DNA from: an uncultured Bacteroidales bacterium
GTDB taxonomy: Bacteria; Bacteroidota; Bacteroidia; Bacteroidales; UBA932
Length of the DNA: 64,000 nt
Assembly: GCA_944326235.1 (NCBI GenBank)
Contig: CALVDH010000009.1
Span: forward strand, 4,795-68,794
Direction: 5' to 3'
Part shown: positions 37,916 through 44,631 of the stretch, in pieces
Numbering within the stretch: the first letter of the stretch is position 1
How the letters are laid out: every line of letters starts with the position of its first letter
The notes under the pieces: model-generated
Databases searched by the model: none
What the model saw: the letters and a program-made list of their open reading frames with translations, nothing else
What the model was told of the DNA's origin: nothing
Program-made: the position numbers and the translations under genes

Positions 37916-38587
37916 TCAGTGCTGAAGGCGGTTGAAGAGGATGCCGACGTAGAGGCGGGGGCCGCTGGAGAAGTCGTTCTGGCGGCTTGTGGCGTTGAGG
38001 AGCCAGTCGGCTTTCAGTACGAGGCTGAGCTTGGGGGAGAGGGCGACTTCCATGCCGACGAAAGGGGCTACGGCCATGAAGGCATACTTGTGCATGGCGG
38101 CCTGAGGCTCAATGACGTAGTCTCCGGTGCCGCCCTGGGCGATGATGTGGTTCTTGACCCCTCCGCCGCCTATGAGGCAGCCTATGAAGGGGTGTACCCG
38201 GCCCTTGGTGCGGCGGATATAGTCCACCAGGACGCCGCCCCAGCCGGTGTGGGCGTAGGAGGGGGAGGGAGCGTATCTGACATTGGAGCTGTGGCCCTCG
38301 GCCCCGATGCGGAGCATGTCGGTGGGCGTGCCGAAGGCGAACTTGACGTGACCGCCGATACCGAAGGCTGCGCCTCTGATCTGCATTGTCCCCAAGGACT
38401 GGGATGCAGTGGAGTAGAGTTCGAACGGACGGCTTTGGATGTAGCCGCTGTGCAGCATCATGCCGCCGGTGTAGCCCCGGAAACGGAATTCTGAGCTGTC
38501 GGTTTTATTTGACGCAGCGGTATATAGAGGTGCGGTCAGCAGGAGGACTGCCGTGAGGGCAGCGGTCAGCAACGGTCTCATCTTCAT
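37916..38587 (-). CDS. small outer-membrane beta-barrel protein candidate
   Basis: Signal peptide (LLLTAPLYTAAS) and alternating Gly/aromatic-rich strands over 223 aa. No family recognised. Confidence 0.55.
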   Translation of the reverse strand: MKMRPLLTAALTAVLLLTAPLYTAASNKTDSSEFRFRGYTGGMMLHSGYIQSRPFELYSTASQSLGTMQIRGAAFGIGGHVKFAFGTPTDMLRIGAEGHSSNVRYAPSPSYAHTGWGGVLVDYIRRTKGRVHPFIGCLIGGGGVKNHIIAQGGTGDYVIEPQAAMHKYAFMAVAPFVGMEVALSPKLSLVLKADWLLNATSRQNDFSSGPRLYVGILFNRLQH

Positions 38588-38619
38588 ACGGAAATTTGCC
38601 GCGAAGATAGCAAAATTCC

Positions 38620-39225
38620 CTATTCCACCGAGGCCGGGTCGATCAGGTTGTTCAGGAGGGCGTAGACCGTCAGGCCGGCGACGGTCTTGATGCCGGTCTT
38701 GCGGGTGATGTTCTTGCGGTGGGTGATGACGGTGTAGATCGAGAGGTGGAAGCGGTCGGCTATCTCCTTGTTGAGCATGCCCTGGGCCACGCAGACCAGG
38801 ATCTCTTTCTCACGGGCGGAGAGTTCCTCCCGGTTCTCGGTACGGGGTCCGCCGGCTGACTGCGCCAGTGAGTTCCGGAGCTTGCTGATGACGGCCGCCG
38901 GGGTGTCGTAGATGCTGATGGTCTCGTCGTAGCTCTTTATGGTCTCGTCGTCCGTGACGGCTGTCGGGGCGGCTATCACCGCGGCGTCGGTCAGGTCGGA
39001 GATGCGGCTGCGGCCTGACGGACGGGATGCGAAGTCGAAGATTATGGGGTCTACGATTACGATGTCCGCCATGCTGTCCCGGACCGTTGCCTCGTTTTCG
39101 CGGGAGAGGTCAACCAGCACGGTCTCCACGGAGAAACCGCCGTGCTCCTCGAGTATGGAGGTGATGCCGCGGGCGATAATCCGCGACGGGGTTATGAGCA
39201 GTATTTTCTTCTTTGTCACTGACAT
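38620..39225 (-). CDS. LuxR/GerE-family regulator with receiver-like N-domain
   Basis: C-terminal HTH LSAREKEILVCVAQGMLNKEIADRFHLSIYTVITHRKNI. The N-terminal ~120 aa are CheY-like (ADIVIVDP). Confidence 0.85.
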   Translation of the reverse strand: MSVTKKKILLITPSRIIARGITSILEEHGGFSVETVLVDLSRENEATVRDSMADIVIVDPIIFDFASRPSGRSRISDLTDAAVIAAPTAVTDDETIKSYDETISIYDTPAAVISKLRNSLAQSAGGPRTENREELSAREKEILVCVAQGMLNKEIADRFHLSIYTVITHRKNITRKTGIKTVAGLTVYALLNNLIDPASVE

Positions 39226-39893
39226 TTTCCTTCCAGTCTGTTAACCATAGGGATGAGGATTGAGTTCTCGATCAGGGTATGCTTCTCCAGGTCGGCTTCT
39301 AAGGTGCAGAGCCTCGAGAGGGCCTTGATGGCGGTGACCGTGTCGCACACCGGGGGGAGGTACTTCATGACGATGTTCCTCAGGTCGTTGAGCTTCTCAT
39401 CTATGTTGTTGTGGTTCTCTTCAAATGTCTCCATGCTGTAGCCCTCGACCCTCTGTCCGCCGGCCACCGAGCGCACGTAGGGGAAGACGATGTCCTCCTC
39501 GTAGGCGAAATGGTTCTCCACTTCCTCCCGGTATCCGTCGAAGAAGCGCATGATCACGTCCCGCTGCATCGGGGTGCAGGGGCGGAGCAGGTCCTCGAAG
39601 ATGCGGCTCAGGTCCTGAATCTCATGGTCGAGGTAGTAGGAGTGAGAGGCGTGGAGGTATCTGACCAGGTCAATGGCCGAGGCGGCGGTCATCATCTCCG
39701 TCGTGGGGACGTAGCCCTCGGTGGCATACACGTTGGCTATGAGGAGGAAGGTGTCGCAGTTGACCCCGCTCTCGCGGCAAGTCTCCTCGACGGTTTTCTC
39801 CCCGAAGCCCAGCTTGATGCCCAGGCGGTAGATGACGGTCAGCAGTCGGTAGTCGGCGCCGATGAGGTCGGCCATTTTCATGTTCTTTCTCAT
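39216..39893 (-). CDS. hemerythrin-domain protein (RIC/ScdA-like)
   Basis: His/Glu ligand contexts HASHSYYLDHE, HFAYEEDIVFP and EENHNNIDEKL. Overlaps the LuxR gene start by 10 nt. Confidence 0.72.
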   Translation of the reverse strand: MRKNMKMADLIGADYRLLTVIYRLGIKLGFGEKTVEETCRESGVNCDTFLLIANVYATEGYVPTTEMMTAASAIDLVRYLHASHSYYLDHEIQDLSRIFEDLLRPCTPMQRDVIMRFFDGYREEVENHFAYEEDIVFPYVRSVAGGQRVEGYSMETFEENHNNIDEKLNDLRNIVMKYLPPVCDTVTAIKALSRLCTLEADLEKHTLIENSILIPMVNRLEGKCQ

Positions 39894-39909
39894 TGTGCAG
39901 TATTTTCCA

Positions 39910-39917
39910 CAAATATA
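39910..39917 (-). promoter_or_regulatory. -7 box candidate for the hemerythrin-LuxR-barrel operon
   Basis: CAAATATA on the plus strand equals TATATTTG on the minus strand, about 16 nt from the ATG (+/-1 nt). Confidence 0.4.
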
Positions 39918-39943
39918 GTGATTTCATTTCATCCTAAAAGAGA

Positions 39944-39980
39944 ACGGACCCCGGGGCCTGTCGCAGGTGCAGGGGTCCGT
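39944..39980 (-). terminator. hairpin terminator candidate insulating the hemerythrin promoter
   Basis: ACGGACCCC-N19-GGGGTCCGT. On the minus strand it is followed by TCTCTTTT. Confidence 0.45.
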
Positions 39981-40208
39981 AACTTTCCAAACTTATGAGT
40001 AATTAAGCAAAGATTGAAATAACAACACTACATTATGGATATAACGGGTGCAAAGGTACTGTCCCTCCCTTTGCCCGTCAATCCTCATAAATAGGTATTT
40101 GCTTTATCATCGTTCCCACATTGTAGGTATTCTGGGAGTTCAGGGCCCTGACTCCCCTTGCTCCACCTTCTCGATTCTTCTGTCCCCCTCTCCCTTCCCC
40201 GTGCGCTT

Positions 40209-40395
40209 ATTCTCACGTTGCTTTTTAGTTGTGACGTATATGTTTGATTATTAGCAATATCCAAAAGAGGCGATTTGTTAAGTGTCCTGTTTTTTGCCCA
40301 AAATCGCTTATTTTAGCGCCATTTAAAAAGTCTTTTATTTGCTAAATCTCGTAGTAAGAGCAAGTTGTGTTGCAACTAAAAAGCAACGTGAGAAT
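40209..40395. mobile_element. element A: 187-bp unit bounded by a perfect 23-bp inverted repeat (REPIN/MITE-like)
   Basis: ATTCTCACGTTGCTTTTTAGTTG at 40209..40231 and its exact reverse complement at 40373..40395 enclose 141 bp. Weaker palindromy extends about 40 bp further out on each side. Confidence 0.8.
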
Positions 40396-40557
40396 GGTTG
40401 GTGCAAGGGTGACAGAAGAGAATGGCCGGCTAATGGTTGCTGATGAGCCGGCGCAATGGTGGCTGAGATGTGTTGCTGAGCATGGACGCTGAGAGAGAAG
40501 CCTGATGGGCAGCGGGTTTTCCGGCCCCTCCTGACATGGAGCTGTACTGCCGTTGGG

Positions 40558-41508
40558 TCAGCGGATGACGTTGGGCATAGCATGCAGTCCGAGGCAGCGC
40601 AGTATCTGCTCGTCCCGTACATGGAATTTCCGCTGCACTGCATTTATTACTGACGGCAGTTGTCCGGAGTCAAGCATTGTGTAGGACGGTATGCCTATTT
40701 CCGGAAGCAGGACGCGGTCTATATATCCGCACACTTCCATGTCGGTGATACGCAGCCGCCAGGCTCCTCTTTCATAGGCTCTCATATCCTCGATTTCAGA
40801 CTCGAAGCCGGGCTCGGCTCCAGTCAGGGTGATAATCTCGCCCTGAGGGTACTTCTTTATCTGTTCACGTTCCCAATCCTCAGTGTTCCAGCGGTTCAGC
40901 TGGTGAATGAAACTTCTCTCCGTCCTATACAGATACTCAGTCCTTCCTGCATTGACGAAATATCTGAGCGGTATCCTGCCGTTTTCATCCAGGTCGTAGT
41001 AGACGTATCCGGTGCCTTTCTTTATTTTGAGCCTGCCGTGTCCTGAGCAGGAGTTGCTGATTCCAGGCAGCAGAATTCCATTGTCTCCGTCTCTGAAGTA
41101 TGAGGCGATAGAGGAGTGCGGGTATCTGAAGGCGGTTTCAGCAACTCCATGGTGGATAGGATTCCGTAGAATGTAGCTGAGAAGTACACGCTGGCGGAGG
41201 TATCCCGTTACAGGCCGGCAATATGTGTCGCTTTCGAACAGGATACCTCGGCGTCTGTATTTTGAGTTGAAATGCTTGGTGTAAGTGATCTTGAGAATCT
41301 TGATAAAGTCATCAGGACAGGTGCAGACCAGCGCGATGTGGCAGTGTGTGGACATTACCGCGTAGGCCAGCAATGTTATGCATGTCTTGAGAACGGTCAA
41401 CGCAATGCTGTTCTCCAATGCCGTGTAGTCATGATCGTCCCTGCATATCACATCCGGAGTACCGGAAGACAGGACCAAATGGTACATCTTTTCGCTCGCC
41501 TCTTTCAT
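40558..41508 (-). CDS. HUH / Y1 (IS200-IS605 or RAYT-like) transposase-family protein with long C-terminal extension
   Basis: HUH motif in MSTHCHIAL and catalytic-Tyr helix SYILRNPIHHGV (Y-x-x-x-N-P). 316 aa versus about 130-180 aa for typical Y1 enzymes. Confidence 0.75.
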   Translation of the reverse strand: MKEASEKMYHLVLSSGTPDVICRDDHDYTALENSIALTVLKTCITLLAYAVMSTHCHIALVCTCPDDFIKILKITYTKHFNSKYRRRGILFESDTYCRPVTGYLRQRVLLSYILRNPIHHGVAETAFRYPHSSIASYFRDGDNGILLPGISNSCSGHGRLKIKKGTGYVYYDLDENGRIPLRYFVNAGRTEYLYRTERSFIHQLNRWNTEDWEREQIKKYPQGEIITLTGAEPGFESEIEDMRAYERGAWRLRITDMEVCGYIDRVLLPEIGIPSYTMLDSGQLPSVINAVQRKFHVRDEQILRCLGLHAMPNVIR

Positions 41509-41572
41509 ACTGCTTCATTTTGATGTTTGTGCTGCGAATTACGGAAATAAATCCGAGATAATCAAGAGGCGG

Positions 41573-41588
41573 GGTAAATTAATTTACC
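41573..41588. promoter_or_regulatory. perfect 16-bp palindrome GGTAAATTAATTTACC upstream of the HUH gene
   Basis: Read directly. Lies 65-80 nt upstream of the ATG at 41508. Confidence 0.3.
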
Positions 41589-41670
41589 GCAGTGGCAAAA
41601 TAAGGTTGGGAATACTTGGAAGTAAGTGACGGGTGAGGAAAGGAAAGACGGAGAAAGGGAGGCTAAACTT

Positions 41671-41847
41671 CACGTTGCTTTTTAGTTGAACTGCAAATTG
41701 CTTAAAATTAAGATGTTGCAATAATGCAAAAATTCTACATGAGGTGAAAAGGGGCGGTTTAGGGCAAAAAACGGCTCACTTAAAATTCTTGCAAAATGGT
41801 AAATGCTTTGTAATCAAGAATGTATGATGTAACTAAAAAGCAACGTG
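41671..41847. mobile_element. element B: 177-bp unit bounded by the same 17-bp inverted repeat, inverted relative to element A
   Basis: CACGTTGCTTTTTAGTT at 41671..41687 and AACTAAAAAGCAACGTG at 41831..41847 enclose 143 bp. The interior aligns with element A only after reverse complementation (TTGATTA and TTAAGTG..GTTTTTTGCCC.AAA.CGC blocks). Confidence 0.8.
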
Positions 41848-41980
41848 GAATTGGGACATTCATCATTAAGGGCCTTGAAGGGCCTTGAGGGCCGTGCTGT
41901 AATGCTGCCATGCAGGAAAGCCATGCAGTGCCGGACGGTGACCCCGGTCGTGGTGTAGGTCGTGCGGTGCTGCTCCGGTG

Positions 41981-44461
41981 TCAGAGCAGCAGGAGGGCGG
42001 TGCGGTAGACGATGAAGGCGACAATCCAGGCGAGGACGATGGTGTAGACGGCGGAGATGACGGCCCATTTCCAGCCGCCGCTCTCGTTCTTGATGGCGAC
42101 GAAGGTGGCGATGCAGGGGAAATATAGCAGGACGAAGACCATGAAGGCGAGGGCCGCGGCCGGGGTGGTGGTCCGGGCCAGGGCGTTCTGCAGCATGGTG
42201 TCGCCGGAGACGGTCTCACTGACGGCTTCAGTGGCGCCGTCTGTGCCGGGATTGCCAGCGGTTGCAGGGAAGCGCTCCTGCTCACCGCTGTAGAGTACGC
42301 CCATGGTGCTGACCACAAGCTCCTTCGCGGCTACACCGGAGATGATGCCGACGCCCATCTTCCAGTCGAAGCCGAGGGGCTCGAGGACGGGCTCGATGGC
42401 CTTGCCGATCATGCCGATGTAGGAGTTCTCCTGCTGCTCGGCGGCGGTGGCCCAGCGGTCGTGATGGGGGAAGTATCCCAGGAACCAGATGATGATCGAG
42501 GCTACGAGGATGATGCCGGCCATCTTGTGCAGGTACTGCTTGCCTTTCTCCCAGGTGTGGCGGAAGACGGACTTGGAGGTCGGGACGCGGTAGGGCGGCA
42601 GCTCCATGACGAAAGGCAGGTTGTCGTCCTTGATGAAGCGGCTCATCACCTTGGCCGAGATGATGGCCATGACGATGCCGAGGGCATAGAGGCCGAGGAG
42701 CACGAGCGAGCCGTTGCGGGGGAAGAAGGCCCCAGCCACGAGGATGTAAACGGGCAGGCGGCCGGCGCAGGACATCATGGGGATGATGAGCATGGTGACC
42801 AGGCGGCTCTTATGGTTCTCGATAGTGCGGGTGGCCATGATGGCTGGCACGTTGCAGCCGAAGCCCATGATCATGGGGATGAACGACTTGCCGTGCAGGC
42901 CTATCTTGTGCATGAGCTTGTCCATGATGAAGGCGGCGCGGGCCATGTATCCGGAGTCCTCCAGCAGGGAGATGAACAGGTAGAGTATCAGGATGTTGGG
43001 CAGGAATACCAGCACGCTGCCCACTCCTCCGATGATACCGTCCACCACCAGGTCCTTCAGCATGCCCTCCGGCATGGTGGTGGCCACGAAGGCCCCGAAT
43101 TTCTCCACCAGCCACTCAATCCAGGTCATCGGGTATTCGCCCAGGCGGAAGGTGGCCTCGAAGATGATGTACAGCAGCAGGATGAATATCGGGAAGGCGG
43201 CCCAGCGGTTGGTGACCACGGCGTCTATCTTGTCGGTTATGGTATGCTTTTTCCGCACCTGTCCGGGAGTGTAGGTCTCCTTGAGGGCGCCCTGGACGAA
43301 GGCGTACTTGGCGTCTACGATGGCGGCCTCGGCATTGGTACCTCCGAGCAGTCCCTCTATGCGCCTGTTCTCCTCGAAGCGGGCGGCGATGATCTCGTCG
43401 TGGTTGGGCAGGGCCTCTACTATGGCCTCCACGTCGGAGTCGTTTTCGAGATACTTGATAGCGAGCCAGCGGGTGGAATAGTGGGTGCGTATGTCGTCGT
43501 TCTTCTGAATCAGCAGCTTGATGCGGTCGATGCTGTTCTCCAGCTCCTGGCCGTGGTTGATGTGGATGTGGCGGGACAGGGACGGCTCGTTGTGCTCGTA
43601 GATCTGGATGACGGTGTCGAACAGCCTGTCGATGCCCTGCCCGCTGCGGCTGACGGTGGGAACCACCGGCATACCGAGCAGATGTCCGAGGGTGACGGTG
43701 TCGAGCTTGTCCCCGCGGGCTTCCAGCTCGTCGTACATGTTCATGGCCATGACCACGCGGAGGTTCATGTCGATGATCTGGGCCGTCAGGTAGAGGTTGC
43801 GTTCGAGGTTGGAGGCGTCCACCACATTGATGACCACATCGGGGATATTGTCGATCAGGTTCTTGCGGACGTACAGCTCCTCAGGGCTGTAGGCCGAGAG
43901 GGAGTAGGTGCCGGGCAGGTCGACGAGGACAAAATGGTAGCCCTTGTATTCGAAGCGCCCTTCCTTGGCATCGACGGTCACTCCGCTGTAGTTGCCGACC
44001 CTCTCGTGGGAGCCGGAGGCAATGTTGAACAGGGAGGTCTTGCCGCAGTTGGGATTGCCCACGAGGGCGACCCGCACGGTGTGGCGGCGCTCCTCCGCGA
44101 GCTGCCGCATCCTCCGGTCGAGGTCCTCCGCATCGGAGCAGTCCGGTTCGCGGCAGCTCAGTCCGGGGGTGCCGGCAGAATTCCGGGATGCCTCCGGCTC
44201 TGCGGCATTGTCCTGAGATGTCTGGGCCTTGGCCTCGCTCTCGCTGATGACCTCTATCTCGCGGGCCTCGTCCCTGCGGAGCGATATCTTGTATCCTATG
44301 ATCTCGTATTCTATGGGGTCCCTGAGAGGGGCGTTGAGCACCACCCTGACCTCCTTTCCCTTGATGAATCCCATCTCGGTGATTCTCTTGCGGAAGGAGC
44401 CGTGTCCGCTCACTTTGACGATAATACCTCTTTCACCTGTTTTCAGATCCGAAAGTTTCAT
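41981..44461 (-). CDS. feoB: ferrous iron transporter, FeoA-FeoB fusion
   Basis: N-terminal FeoA SH3-like domain (LKTGERGIIVKV), G-domain GNPNCGKTSLFN and DLPGTYS, plus a polytopic C-terminal permease. Confidence 0.95.
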   Translation of the reverse strand: MKLSDLKTGERGIIVKVSGHGSFRKRITEMGFIKGKEVRVVLNAPLRDPIEYEIIGYKISLRRDEAREIEVISESEAKAQTSQDNAAEPEASRNSAGTPGLSCREPDCSDAEDLDRRMRQLAEERRHTVRVALVGNPNCGKTSLFNIASGSHERVGNYSGVTVDAKEGRFEYKGYHFVLVDLPGTYSLSAYSPEELYVRKNLIDNIPDVVINVVDASNLERNLYLTAQIIDMNLRVVMAMNMYDELEARGDKLDTVTLGHLLGMPVVPTVSRSGQGIDRLFDTVIQIYEHNEPSLSRHIHINHGQELENSIDRIKLLIQKNDDIRTHYSTRWLAIKYLENDSDVEAIVEALPNHDEIIAARFEENRRIEGLLGGTNAEAAIVDAKYAFVQGALKETYTPGQVRKKHTITDKIDAVVTNRWAAFPIFILLLYIIFEATFRLGEYPMTWIEWLVEKFGAFVATTMPEGMLKDLVVDGIIGGVGSVLVFLPNILILYLFISLLEDSGYMARAAFIMDKLMHKIGLHGKSFIPMIMGFGCNVPAIMATRTIENHKSRLVTMLIIPMMSCAGRLPVYILVAGAFFPRNGSLVLLGLYALGIVMAIISAKVMSRFIKDDNLPFVMELPPYRVPTSKSVFRHTWEKGKQYLHKMAGIILVASIIIWFLGYFPHHDRWATAAEQQENSYIGMIGKAIEPVLEPLGFDWKMGVGIISGVAAKELVVSTMGVLYSGEQERFPATAGNPGTDGATEAVSETVSGDTMLQNALARTTTPAAALAFMVFVLLYFPCIATFVAIKNESGGWKWAVISAVYTIVLAWIVAFIVYRTALLLL

Positions 44462-44486
44462 GCTGCAAATGGTCTCTAAATCCGGG

Positions 44487-44494
44487 CAAAAATA
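44487..44494 (-). promoter_or_regulatory. -7 box candidate for feoAB
   Basis: CAAAAATA on the plus strand equals TATTTTTG on the minus strand, 25 nt from the ATG at 44461. Confidence 0.4.
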
Positions 44495-44552
44495 CCACTC
44501 TTTCCTGACAGAGACAATACCAACTGTTAGGTATTTTCACCCGGCACCGGAC

Positions 44553-44592
44553 AAAAAAGAAGGGAGGCCGGCGAATCACTTCGCAGCCTCCC
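44553..44592 (-). terminator. rho-independent terminator of the TonB receptor-lipoprotein operon
   Basis: GGGAGGC-N17-GCCTCCC. On the minus strand it is followed by TCTTTTTT. Confidence 0.6.
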
Positions 44593-44631
44593 GTGAAAAA
44601 CAGGTATGACAGCTTCGAAAAGCAGTTTGGG

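Noticed and set aside
40209-40395. Invertible promoter (inverton) interpretation of the IR-flanked 141-bp and 143-bp segments.
   Set aside because: No tyrosine or serine recombinase is nearby. Only one strict TAnnTTTG match lies inside element A (40239..40246), and it points antisense into the 3' end of the HUH gene. Element B has none. The HUH/REPIN-like interpretation fits better. Read-orientation analysis would settle the question.
40048-40643. ORFs 40048..40254 (+) and 40335..40643 (-) inside and beside element A, and 41814..42068 and 41866..42318 (-) at element B and the feoB 3' end.
   Set aside because: They start at non-ATG codons or have no promoter. They have Pro/Ser/Cys-rich low-complexity translations. 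They run across the inverted repeats or overlap the feoB coding sequence.
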